Part shown: in pieces, positions 12,110 through 25,266 of the stretch | Numbering within the stretch: the first letter of the stretch is position 1 | Layout: each line of letters opens with the position of its first letter | Assembly (NCBI GenBank): GCA_973895155.1 | Contig: OZ316896.1 | Span: forward strand, 20,652,152 to 20,716,151 | Direction of reading: 5' to 3' | Source: Marsupella aquatica | Lineage: Eukaryota; Plantae; Marchantiophyta | Length of the DNA stretch: 64,000 nt | Program-made: the position numbers and the translations under genes | The notes under the pieces: generated by a model | Databases searched by the model: none | The model's input: only the letters and a program-made list of their open reading frames with translations | What the model was told of the DNA's origin: nothing

Positions 12110-15100
12110 ATGGAGGCCTTGAGAATGGCGGCAGCTCCTCAAGCTCTGTGTAGTTTCGAGAGCTCCGGTCGGGGTGTGAGAAAGAGCACTTCATCGGGTC
12201 TGGCATCCGACTCTTCTTCTTGTGCGGTCCATGTAGGACTTGCTGGGGATGGATTGAGCTGTGTGAGAAGGAGCGCCAGTAGATTGAGCTTCTCTGCTTC
12301 TCCGTCATCGGCTTCTTCGTCGTGTTCGTCTTCTTCTCGTCCCAGATTGAGCAGGAAGGTGTCGAGACTGGCGTCTCCGCCTCGGAGCACAGCAGCAGCT
12401 GTAGCACCTGTCCAGGGTTTGGATTTGGAAGGGGAGTCATATATGCTGAAGGATATAGACTCACAGGATTTGGAGGCGGAGACTCCGTCGTTGGTGCAGC
12501 AGTGCTCCGATATGGATTGGAAGAAGCTGGTTGATGATTTGCGCTCCGAAGCTCTGCATGGGTTGCAGTCGTCGGGGCTCAGAGCCCTTAGTCTCAAGGC
12601 TCTGGAGAAGCTGATGGAGTCGTGGATTCACGAGGGAATGGTGGGTGGAATCGAACGACCTGCATGTGCAGGAACGATTCTCACCCCCGACGGCGGATGG
12701 AGCGCCGAGGCCGCTGCCAGCGAATTGCGGATGGAAGCTAACTTGCAGGTGGGTTAGTTATGGAAAAATTGAGTCCTTAGTCAAAATTGCATTCGACGAG
12801 GATATCATTGTGAGACTTTGCTTTAGGTTGCACGGGGAAGTAGGACGTACAATTCGTGCTCATTCGACGTGTTCTAATCACCTTAAAAACCGACAAGATT
12901 CTGAGCAGAGAAAACAACTGAGTCTCAATTCCATTTATCGGATGGTGAAAATGTCCAACTGAATGGCATCTCCAATGAATAATCGATCATACATCCTGTC
13001 TCTAGCAAGCTGCCCTCGAATGTACTGGGCATGGTCGTCTACAGTATCGCTTTCAGTCGGGCAATGCTTCCCCATCCATTTCTTAGAGCCAGACTGGACA
13101 AGATTTGCTCTATATTTCTTTTCAAAGTACGTCTTGTTCCAACCTTAGGTGGCGTAGAACCGGATTTCATTTCTTTTTTGAATCCGTTTGCTGTGGTCTC
13201 CCAAAGCCTAGACATGAAGACGACATCCGGACCGGGAACTGCCTACTTCCAAATGACGAATTACCCAGAATGCCACCCTATAGACAGACGACTCCGGACC
13301 CGACGGCACAGCACGTTCTGCTTGCTTGTAACTCTAGAGACGTCTTTATCTCGTGTGAAGATGTGAACTAGATAAAGATGAGCATAGATGTGCCTGTGCT
13401 GCTCTAAGACTGAGAGAGCAGGTTCCTAAGTCCGGAACGTGAAGAGAATGTGACGTTAAGCCAGGAACTGTAGGATAAATGAATGTAGGAAAGAATGGTT
13501 GTAGGAATGAACGTTTTAACGTCGAGCCTCTTGTAGTAACCTGGTTGGGTATTCAACTCCCATCCTCTGAATTGAATGTGTTTCCTCAATTTCTTCCATA
13601 ACCTGATAAAGGCCTGTGCAATTACATGAGGTTTGGAATAGGTTTTATGATGGAAGCCCTTGCCAGGATTGCTCCGGATTGTCCATTTTGAACAGGGCTA
13701 CTACGGACAATGCTCCTTTGAACAAATGACGAACCAGATCCGAAGCACCTGAAGGCTTTATGGACCTTTAGCCACCGTCAGATGAGTTTTATTGCCATAT
13801 TACAGTACGACTCTTAGAAAGAAAAGATAGTGCCATGTTTGTGCTCCATTTGCGAATTAGCGAGTGAAAACTACCCGTAGAATTGAGTAATGTAGCGATC
13901 GAATGATTTTGTAGAAGCAACTCGCCTTCGGACTACTTTCTGAATGATCAGGGTAATCCTGAGTCAAAGTAAGTTTTTGACAACAATTGCTTTGCAGGCA
14001 GCGCAAATGCTAGCAAAGGGAGTGGACAGCAGTTTCGACTGGGAAACCGACGTAGCCGAACTTCATCAACGGATCCTTCTGCAAGGCGGTGCCGAGCCGA
14101 TGCTTTTGAGACCGGAGCAGCGCTTGTGGAAAGTATGGGCTCATGCGCAGGATCACATGGATCAAACATCTAACAAGCTAACTGACGAGGCCCTGGAATC
14201 TACATGTGTAAATGTGGGTCATTTCCGGTGTTTTCCTTTAGAATTCACTTTTAAAGCATTTTTTGTAGATTCGTGCACAACGGAATCAGCGCTTTAGTTG
14301 TGCCTGCTCTCCGTGATCCCCACTGCAAGAAAAAGAAAAGAATTTTTTGACTATTTAAAAATCTAGTTGAAGCTGGAGAGAATTTGAATTGAAGGCAGTG
14401 AGTCTCTACATTTCTCGGTTTCCATCGTCCATATATTACTTTGCATTGAAGTGTTTGAGAGGGCTACTGGGCGATCTTTGCGTTGTGCTGAAGTCCTGAA
14501 TCCTCCAGACTGGTTCATTTCATTTTACTAATGCAACTACTGATAAACACTCCGCAGGCACATGGTATGAGCTTACAGGGGCAGGGGCAGGCGGGATCTC
14601 TGAACAGCACGCCCCAAGCAGAGGCAGTAGGAAGCACTGCAGAGTCCAGTTCCAGTAAAAGCAGAGATGGAAAGTCTTTACTTTCTCTTGGCGCCGCAGT
14701 GGCGACAGGCTTGGCTGTAGAGGGAATGTGGCTGATGGATGCAATTGCAGACGAGGCAAGTCCTGAGGCTATGGAAGCAGCTTCGAGAGCACCATACTGG
14801 CTTGTCCCCGCCGTTCTTATTTTCCCACCCTTGTCGTACTTCCTATTCAACGTGTATCGTGATAAGGTGAGTACACTTGGTTGTTACAAGTCTCTTGAAT
14901 CGGTAAATTTGGCATCAGTGACATTGTAAGGTGCAAATTTGTGTCTTGCTTGGAGGCATTTGATCAGTCTCTCCACAGAATTTCAAAAGAATACTTGTGG
15001 AATAAGTCCTACCAGAAGCAAGTAAAACACTAGCCTGTAGGATTAGTTGTGCGAAACAGACATTACTAAGAAAATTTAACTTAAGTCTTGAATCACTAAC

Positions 15101-15850
15101 ATACTGTGGTAATAACGTAAGCAGAGTGTAATGCACTGCCAGTGTATGTCTAATGTTTTGGATAGTGGTTACGGTCAGAACTTTTGCAAACTTCTGTGTA
15201 TTCCGGAAAACATTTTAGTGTCTAGATGACCGTTGCAACAGCTTGTTTGGTGTATACAGCAGTTAGAGTGTATAGGATCAGCGACAAATGTTGCCCTACA
15301 TTTTCATGTCTTTGTCAGTTGGTAGTCTCTGAATAGTTCGTTATGATTGTTTCCAAAACTTTGCTTTGTTCCTTGTCGTAAGAAGGTAAAGATCCTGCCT
15401 GATGGTACCTTCACTTGATGACATTGTTTTACGCAGGTGAATCCCTACGCTAAGGTCACAGATTGGATGTTCGGAGTGGTGGCTGTAACGATTGTTTCGA
15501 ACATCGTCATGATGGCAGTGTGGGGGGTAAGTTTTCGTCCATTGTATTTTATCACTGCAATGTTTTCAGCTCAGCCCACGAAAGTGCTAGTAAGCCTGAA
15601 TTTCATGCATGAACCATATATCCTCAAGTCCTTGTTTCTCTCTTCAACGCCAATGTCTCACTACTGTCGTTGATCGTACTCATTCTTCAAGTCCATGTGA
15701 AAGAACTAGCAGTATTGTCCACACTCAAGGTTACTTGCTGTAGAAAGTAAGGCCATGTACTGCACGCGCTCAACCCAGCTTGTTCTCCATCTTGATCAAT
15801 TGCATTAATTAAGGTTCTCTTCCTTGTGATGCAGGTTCGATTGTACTGAG
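12110..15850 (+). CDS. Uncharacterised plastid-targeted protein with C-terminal transmembrane helices
   Basis: Exons 12110-12748, 13998-14207/14213, 14558-14867, 15437-15526 and 15836-15850, joined by phase-0 GT-AG introns (ends approximate to a base or two). Ser/Arg-rich transit peptide (MAAAPQALCSF..SSASSSCSSSSRPRLSRK). Hydrophobic C-terminus WLVPAVLIFPPLSYFLFNVYRDKVNPYAKVTDWMFGVVAVTIVSNIVMMAVWGVRLY*. Confidence 0.8.
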
Positions 15851-17989
15851 ATACGGAGCACAGCTCCCTGTCACGCTGAAGCTCATGTACAGTGTAGGTA
15901 ATCGTTGTAGGGAATGTGCATAGCATGAACAGATATGATAGCACTTTACCCTCAAATTTCGCCAGGATTCGAGTCTCAAACACGACGCACTATATGGCCA
16001 GCCTATGAAAGTGTTTTCCATGATCTTTACAAATCATGGAGAACGCTCGGCATTTGAAGGGCCCCAATGGTGGCACTTACTTAGGTGGATAGACACACAG
16101 ACAACACCCTAAGGATGTCTTACTTGTTTTTGTGATCAGACATTCTTTGTGTATCGGTTCCAGTGTAGTTTGAAAGATGTAATCGGAGGAGCTGAAATTT
16201 CCAGTATTCACCTCTTGAGGGTTCTCATACGTTTTTGAAGGCTCATTGTAATTTAAGCTTTGGTGCTTCATCCATGGGCGTTCATTACCATCTCCATAGA
16301 CTGATGCTACTCCATAGAGTGATGCAGGTATGTAACAGAAGATTTTGATATTTAGAATATGCTTGTGAGGAAGGAGGGGCATGGGAGTCTGGATTTGGGG
16401 GGCCCTTCTTTGGCAAATGCAAGGGGGTTTAGGCTAGTTTGGATCAAATTATCTTGCTGGATAAGGGCCATTTTTAGCAGCAGTTGATTTGCAAAACTGA
16501 GAGGGAGGGCATAAGCGAGCATAGCAATCCACAAGTATCCTACTGCAAGGGTGTCGTGGAATTCGCACTAGGGGTGGCATACGGGCAGGAGGGAGAAGGA
16601 GAGACATGGGGATCACATGGGAGGGGAGGAAAAGGGGAAAGAAAAGAACATATAAAAATGAAAGGGAGGGGGAGGGGGAGGGGGGAAGCAACACTGGGCT
16701 ATGATTGCCTTTTTCGCTTGAAGTGCCGGCTCTTGACTCAGCTCTTGCCCAAGCACATGGATTGGGCTGTGCTGCAGAGGGTTTTGGGTTGAAGGACAGT
16801 GGACAACGGTGGCAGGCGGATAGGCAACAGGAGCATGGACCTATCCATTGTGCACACTCAACTTCTACCTCCCTGCCCCAATTGATCCTCACTTTCTCTT
16901 ATCTTCCCTTTCCACTTGCACAATTTTTGCATTATGTTTTGTTGCCCATCTGCCTTTCAATTTTTGCTTGTACTCGCCTCCATGTCAACCAGGCAGATTT
17001 TGCCCAATTTGCGGACATTAAGGTAGTCACTCGTCTAAAAAGTTATGGTCCAGTGCACCCTTTTGTAGAGGTAGGGCACCAAGAATTCCCCTTTCTTACA
17101 AAAAAGGCATCAAAATTCACCCGAGTGTTCAATTTCGGAGTCAAAACAGGAAAATTCATGGGAAAACAGTCTCACAAGCCGCATTTGGAAACCTTCCTTC
17201 CCTTCAAATTTTCTCATTGAGCAGGTTGAATTCCCCATAATTTAGCTAGTGGGGAAATCACGTGCAAAACACCATCCCGAAGAGATTAGAGTGCAGAATT
17301 TTCGAGGTCAGACAAACTGATCTCAGCAAAACTTAGGGCGATAACTTCGAAGGATATAGAGCTTTAGAGTGAAATCAAATGCAACACGCCATCCTCAAGA
17401 GATTAGATCTATTTCGTTCCAGCCTACACATGGAAGTGGAGGGAGCATTCCCAGATTATCGAGCAGCCACATTTTGGTCACGAATTTAAACTTGAGCAGG
17501 ATATCTTTGAACGCATTGGCGAGTCTACACAGTTACAACCATTCTTACTGAGCACCCGCTGGTATCACAATCAAACTGCACCTTTGGGGTGTCTATTTCA
17601 AACCCAAGCTGTTGATGGAATTGAACAGCTGCAATTCTTTAGTATACAATAGCACATCTGCATCTGCTTTACTCTGTACAGTGAGATGAGACTCCTCCCC
17701 TTAGAGCACTGAACCGATTCTAACTAATTGGCTGCAATGAACAGCCGTAATGTCAAGAAGCCCGCTAATGAATGTTATCCATGAAACGTTCAGTCCCAAA
17801 AATACGGGGCAGAGCCTTGTTTCTGTTGAAATGGATCGTGGTCTATGACAATACTTCGCTTCATGTTGGCAGGCTATCAAGAGATCAAAATAGGCTTCAC
17901 ATCAAGGCGACTAAAATTTTTAACCAGTCACTAAAAGGCCCATATTTGTGGAACATGCCATTGCGAGACTTTGCACCCTATCTTCTCGG

Positions 17990-20900
17990 TCACAGCCGGA
18001 AATCCAAAACACAAACAGTGTTGTTAGAGAAGCAAGCTGCAACTTTGTCGCCCTCCTTGTTCCAACACACCTCAAATATCCCCCCACTTCCACGATATGT
18101 CTTGACCAGACTTCCATCTTTTACGGACCAAATGTGTAAACACTTATCAAACGAGCCACTTGCTAGATATTCACCGTTCGGACTGAAAGCAACTGAATAC
18201 ACCGGCTCGCTGCAAAAGTCACAAGGATACGTTAGTGGACCTCAACAGTATCAATTTCGACACTACAAACAGAAAGCTTTCGGAAAGCAGCCACGCCCGC
18301 GACTTATAACACGAATCACTGGCCCTGTGAAAGGTTTCCCATAATACAGGTGACTGGAGGAAATGCGATGATAAATCTTTAATCTTTTAATTAGATCTTT
18401 AAGGCCTTTCTCAGAATTATTATTCCTAAATCCAGAGGAAAAGGATGGAGCGTCCAGGGTGCAACAAGAAAATGATTTCAACGACACCCATAGCCAAGTG
18501 ATACCCACGTGTGATTGGTGAGGCTGACAATTTGCACTCCTTGTTCAATATCCCACAGTTTGATTGTTGCATCGAACGAAGCACTGGCCCAATAAACCGG
18601 TACAACTGTATTAGCGTCTCAAGACAAAATCCTTTAACACGAGGATCAGGTCATATTTTGTGAGCCAAAGTGATGTAGAATAAATTCTTATGAATTATTT
18701 ATAACAGATACCTTCACTTACTTCCAGTAAACAAAGGCATTCATATTTGAATCACCCCAAATACCAAATTTCATTCCGACCTGAGCAGTGAAACTAAACA
18801 CTGATTGCAATATACAATATTAAATTTCCGCTCCACTGAACTAGCTTTGAGGAAAGGGAAGAGACATTGGGGGTAAACCTTGCGAGAACTAATTGCTGAT
18901 TTGGGTTGCTTGTGCCCGGCCCCGTTGGACTCCACTTGATTGTGTATATTTCCTTCAATCAAAGTAACAACCAAAAAATCAGCGAATCTCATCATGCCGC
19001 CTGGGTGAATCCAGCCATGATTCAGTTGTGGACAATATGCACTGATCTCATATAAAGACTGACAAATTCAAGTGAAAAAAACAGAGGCCCAATCTGCATT
19101 CAATATTTACAATACAATTTGCTCCACAAAACTTCAACATTCATTAACTTTTTGAGTTTGACCTCAACAAACATTTTCTTTTCCTGCACTGCTACCTCAG
19201 ATAATTGAAAATAGCTTTCAACCTGTACATTCCAAGGAACTTTCAACCTGTACAGGCGGCATCCGCTTGGGACAGAGCTCTCCAAAAGGATCACTCCATA
19301 GTCCAATTGCGCATTGAAGATGTACCCCGCTCAGGTAAGTCTAATTGCCAGATGATTTATATTCGTCATTTAACCACGTGTACCCATGGACATTGTCACT
19401 ACACAGCTGAGCTCTGAAAACATTTACTCCCAGGATCCGAGGTGTATACGTGCTAGAGAGAATGACACTTCAGACATACCTTTGTATGATCTTTAAGGTC
19501 GTGTAGACACCTATCTTGTTTCAGACTCCAAATCTGCAGTTACATCAGAGAGAAACGGTCAAAACACCACTTTATACTAGTGAAAAGCAGAGATCTCAGT
19601 TTCCTGCATCTACAACTCAAGAGACGTCAACTCCATTCCCTATGACCTGGTAAATATGCAATTGGTCAACCCACAAACGGTCCAAGGTACAAGAGGTGAC
19701 AACAGCATGCAGAACACGATATATCCATCTCTCGGTCCAATCAAAAAACCACCTCCGGCAAGGTATGTCTACTTTGAACAGCTACACCCAGAATTTAACG
19801 ACCAAAATATAGTAGTCTCAAATAAAAATCCAAACAGAATATAGAGAAGACTCTTTCTACAATGGTCTCCACCCAATGTAGCTTCTGAGATACTAAACAA
19901 TACAGGTTCAGTTGTTGTAGATACAATTTACACTGACCTTTGCAGTAAAGTCATCTGAACAAGATGCGAGCAAAGTACCAGTAGGATCCCACTTTATTGC
20001 ATTAACCTCATCCTACAGAACGAGCAGAAGACATTTGCAGTGGTTAAGTAAGAACAAACTCATGATTATGATACTACGGCTGAAGTAAAAGCCACAATGA
20101 TCTGATTCCTAACCTTGAGTTGCAACGACAAGGAAAGGTAACGCCAATCAAGAACAGTAATATTTTAGAGTTTCGTGCAGTGACTTTTTCCACAAGATTT
20201 CATACGGGCTCTTCGTTTGCCAACCTGATGTCCAGCAAACAATTTCACTGGACGGCTTTCTCCGAGCTTGCAAACGTAGATCATCTTGTCAGTTGAGCAT
20301 GTTGCAAAGGACACATTGTTTCGCCAATCAACATCAAGGGTAGGTGCTGCAAGAGTACACAGGGGTGTCAATAACTGCATGGGCTCTTACATCTGACGTA
20401 AAGTTCCACTAAAATCTAGCTTTGAGTTAATCTGCAGCTACAACGCTTCATTGACGGGAGGTTTCAAACAAGAACAAACTAAGCAATCCATGATTATAGT
20501 TGTTGGTATTAGTAACCTAAGAATAAACCCACAAACACTATGTGTGGGCTACAAAGCCCCCGACTCTGAAGTACTAGGAGCTCAGGAAACTATTTCTTTA
20601 ACATGGGGCTTACCAGCATGATACTCGAATTGTTGCTTAACGTCACCATTCTTTGCGTCCCAGATGATTGCCGTTTTGTCTACACTTCCACTCAGTAAGC
20701 AGTCTCCTTTCTTGTTCCACTTAAGAGAGAAAATCGGTCCTTTATGTTTATTCAGGGTATTTTTCAACTCTCCTGCATAAACAAGTTGGACTAAGAATCT
20801 TTCGAAACGAAATAAGCCCAGCTGAAAAGCGGATTATCAGAACAAAATTACTTGCACGTTTTGTTCAAAGGAAGTCCACGGGTAGTCAGAGAACCCACCA

Positions 20901-23900
20901 TCTTTGCTCCATATACGAGCCTGACCATCATACGAACCTGTTGCAAGAAGAGTCCCCTCCCCCTGCAATCTCTCGTTTAGAATGGAAAATTGGGATAGCA
21001 GCATGTACGAACATAGCAGAAAAAAGTTCCAGAAAATGATGTCAGATTTTCAGTTATCAAGTACTATTTCGCTCTAAGATGAGAGCCCCTAAGCAATTCG
21101 TGTCGTGATGGATCGTAATGTAATGAGACTGCTACAGGATAATGTAGGTTGCAGAGATGCCGGACGAAAACAAAGATCAGCGAAGAGCAGGTGATTCTTG
21201 GTTGAGTTTGAGTCTACGTTAAACTACAACCCGCCCACGTCAGTTTCACTTTCACATGAGAACAATACTTAACCTCCCAAATCATTTTAAGACATTTGGT
21301 AAGAAAGGATTGTCTGCAGGTGGCTTACATTCCAATCGAGAGTAGTAACATCCTTGCTTTTCTCATTGGTCTTCCCTTTAAAATGTTTCAAAACGAGAGG
21401 TCTGGGGCCTGAATTTTGGGCTGAAGTTCCACAAGGTCCATCTGCTATAGCCCATATTCTAGCTGTCGAATCACCCGAACTGTAGAAGAAAAACGTGACA
21501 AAAGAGGAAAACATCAGTGCAATTCATCTACAACGGCCAGGTGTGGGTAAGAACAATAAACCCGTGTGACACGTACAGACTCACATTGCTGAGAGACTGT
21601 AAGAACTCACGAGGTGGTCAGTAAAAATGGGTATGACAAAATCTGAAAGCTAGATTTAATCAGGCCACAAAAATAGAATGTTAATAAGAGAACAACACTC
21701 AGTACAGTTTGAAGATAATTATAAACACTAAACAAAGGTCGCTCCGTCGACGGTCTACAACTTTCACATCAAAAGCAACATGGTTTCAAAGTCGCATTAA
21801 CCTACCCAGAGGCAAGTAAAGATCCTGTGGGACTCCAAGCACAAATGAATACCTGGGGATGAAGAAAACAATACAAACCACATAAATTTAACTCGAGTCA
21901 TGTGACACAATGAAAACATGTCTTGAGAAGCCACAGACGAAATTGTACACCTGACATGAGTTACTAGGGAAGCATATGAGGTGGTCTTCCTCAGTAAATG
22001 ACCAAGCCAATTCACAGTGGATAAGGAACTCACGTTAACCCCGTCTGATTACCATGTCTAGTTCTCAAGTATACAACTTATTTAGAGATACACAGGACAG
22101 ATTCTTTTCAAGAACGTCACAGATAAAGTCACCATCCACGGCAATCAGACACAATAATGAACCCAAAGGACACATATGCCAGCGTTCTTCAGCAACACTG
22201 CTAAGATACTGTAGGAGGAAATTTGCAATGCACCTCTGAAGCATGACCCTCAAGTATGGTGACATCAGATTGTGGAATTTCACTCGGTTGCACAGGTGGA
22301 ATTTGTGAATCACCATTGTCCCCAGAACCTGGAAAAGCAGATCAGAAAATACAGCAATGGAAAATCGTACTTGGCACTAACGTCGATACGTCATAGCATC
22401 GTCCAAAATAATAGGATCAAGATAGAAAGGACTACAACTACATATGATACAATGGGAGTTATTAATCGCCTTTGAAATTACCTTCAATGAAAAACCAAAC
22501 CCTGAGTCATACGAGAAAAGCAAATGGAGACAGATTTTAGCGACGTTGAGGAAACAAAACAGAGTCATCAGTACCTCCACTGGGTACACGGAGAATATTG
22601 TTCTCCACCTTCACCTTCTCATCACGGTCTCTCTCCTTCTCTCGTTCAAAACGATCACGTTCTCGATCTTTCTCCTTTTCTTTCTCCTTCTCCTTTTCTC
22701 GGTCTCTTTCCTGTCGTTCCCTCTCCCGTTCACGCTCCTTCTCTCTCTCTTGCCGCTCTTTTTCCTTTTGAAGCTCTCGCTCTCTTTCTCGTTCGCGCTC
22801 CCTTTCTTTTTCTCTCTCTTTCTCCTTTTCCTTTTCTTTCTCCTTCTCAATCTTCTCTCTTTTCTCTTTGATGATTTCTCGGAGCTCCATCATATTCTTC
22901 GTGATTAGATCTACGGGCTGCAGGAGGGAGAAATCCCCATCCACATCTGTCCCATCCTGTGAAGAGCAGGAACTAATGTCTTATTGTCTGGCTATAAATA
23001 GACACGCAAGTCAAGGACCACCCATGCCAGCAACACGAATTTCATGACCAAAACTCAAAGCTAGAATAGAAAGGGCAATTCACTACCCCCCAGCCTACCG
23101 ACACGTGGTGGTATTGCAAAACTTGCAGACAATACCGTCACTAAGTCTTTCATGACAAACACAAGCCATTCAATTTATTATTGAATAAGAAGAGAAAATC
23201 ACTGTAATGTATCAGACCAACATCGAGAGCGTTTGAGCGACATCTAGGATATAGACAGAGCAGCGACAATAGTTGTCAAGCAAGAATAATGACGAGTTTA
23301 TTAACATTACTTCGTTGAGATTAGCTTCCAGTTCCAAATATTGGAGACCTTTCTGCACAAAGGACACAAGGGCTCCCGGCGGAACAAGGTTGCCATCTAT
23401 GATATTCTTATTGAGTCCTGCTTCATAGCCGAGGACGAACGCAGAATGAGTAAACCCTGCAACAAAACAAAACGGATAAATCGATTAGGAAATCGTAAAG
23501 TAACGACGAATGCAATCTGATGAAAAGGATATAATCATGCAAAGTGGGCGAGGATCCTTAAATTCAGGACCCTTCCCCTGTCACATCAGCAATAAAACAT
23601 GCTGAAAATGAACTCTGCCGTGCATTTCATATGGACCAAATTGATTAGTTGCCGAAAAGTTTGACAGAGATCAATTCACCATTTATTGGGCTGCGAAAAC
23701 GATCGATGAGTGTAGAAACAAGATACTTGGATCGGGGAAACTCACTTCCTCGATCAACACAAACGACCAATAGGTGTTAGACACTAAAACCCTCAGGCGT
23801 TGCATGTCTTTGAGTGCCATTAACTGAAATATCTAAACTGAAAATAAGTTCAGCCATTGGGCTAACGATGTACATGTTGCTAAAACGACGCCACTAAAAT

Positions 23901-25266
23901 ATGTACTCTACGATGAAGCCCTTCTGAAAGAAACCAGCTACAGTAGAACGCCAGAAAGCTCATTCAAGGGAAAACATTATCAATGGCCATTGGTCTACAG
24001 AAGTCTCTAGTCTACAACCATCGGCAACCTACTATCGTGCAGGAATAGCGAACTCACAATTACGAACCATGCTTGGAAAACAACTCTAAATTCATGGAAA
24101 ACAAGGTCAGTCTGACAATCCTCTGTAGTAAACCTCCTCGATACAGTGAGCCATGCAACGGTACAGATACTTCAGTAGACTCTGCGAGAAGGTTGGTTCC
24201 TTTCAACAATGCTAGAATCAAGAGGGGCATTGAGACAGAAATTAGGGTTTAAGGATTTCAAATGATTCCATAATTAGTGCGAAGTAGGTGGGAAGTGATA
24301 GAACCCAGGGCACGGAACAGCCCTCAAAACAATACGAAGCTTGGCAGAGACTGATGAGCTCCTGACATTTTAGAGACTGGAAAGAACGCAGACACACAAA
24401 TGACACAAAAGTCTCCAAAGACTGAAATGAACCCAGCGACGTAACAGGACAGCATCAAACTTCATTTGTGGAGTTCTGTGGGACGTTGACACAGAATTAG
24501 TAGGGTTTAAGGGTTTCAAATGAGTCGTCCAACAAAATTGGCACCTGTGCGAAGAATACAGGTGAAGAGGCGATGCAGGCACGAGGTGGACAGGCCTCGC
24601 GCAGTGAGTGGATTAAATTCGAAGGTTGGCAGAGACTCAAGGGCAACTGCGTCTACTCATTCCTCTATTTCGTCGATCATCCCCCCATTGCCCAACATTC
24701 GTACCATTGCAGAGAAGCGAGCTCGTTCGAGAAAGAAAAGGAGAAGCGCTTCCAGTAAGCAGGCGGCTAAAAGCATAAACGACGTCGAAGCTTACGACTC
24801 AAGTGTCCAGTGAATACAAGACAGATAATTAGGGTTTAAGGAAAGTTTCCAACAAGCCCACAATTGGCGCCCCAGACGAAGGCGGGCAACAACTCAATGC
24901 TGGGAAAAAGGCAGGCCTTACACAATGCGTGTTGAGCAGGACGTTGAGACAGAACAAGGATTTTAATGAGTCTGTCCACAATTGGCATTTTCAGACATAA
25001 ATGATACAATGCTGGCCAAAGACAGGACAGCTTTACATACAATGCCTGTGGCACATTCGAAATGTGTTCTCGAAGAACCCGATATAGAGGACATTGATTG
25101 CGTTCCACAAGCTCTATCCAGTGAAAGCACGTCTGAACTACCGGGAACGGAAGGAGCTCAAAAAGGCCATCATGCATACAACCGACGAGTTTGCCGCACA
25201 GTCACCTGATTCATGCAGGTACCGGAAGATCAGGAAATTGAGCTCGTGAGAAGTGATGGTAGTCAT
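17990..25266 (-). CDS. HOS15: WD40-repeat LisH corepressor HOS15 (TBL1/TBL1XR1 orthologue)
   Basis: LisH start [20 protein letters not shown]|[14 protein letters not shown] (25266-25206, 23456-23311). EK/ER-rich exon 22956-22575. WD40 exons at ~22328-22234, 21853-21805, 21479-21329 ([20 protein letters not shown]), 20962-20898, 20772-20614 ([14 protein letters not shown]), 20346-20225 (PTLDVDW), 20012-19938, 19534-19480, 18953-18879 ([14 protein letters not shown]), 18582-18508 and 18208-17990 ([31 protein letters not shown]). Confidence 0.96.
24240..24845. repeat. Degenerate ~260-330-bp triplication with telo-box-like motifs in HOS15 intron 1
   Basis: attagggtttaagg at 24241 and 24828, gtagggtttaagggtttcaaatga at 24500; gaag(c/g)ttggcagagact at ~24336 and ~24621. 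Confidence 0.6.

Noticed and set aside
17772-18344. 190-aa + strand ORF
   Set aside because: Antisense to the last HOS15 exon and 3'UTR, with no recognisable domain.
22611-22880. Long EKEKER charged repeat as a novelty
   Set aside because: A charged low-complexity linker between LisH and WD40 is usual in plant HOS15.
22444-22908. Hydrophobic + strand ORFs (154 aa, 115 aa)
   Set aside because: Antisense shadows of the EK/ER-repeat exon of HOS15.
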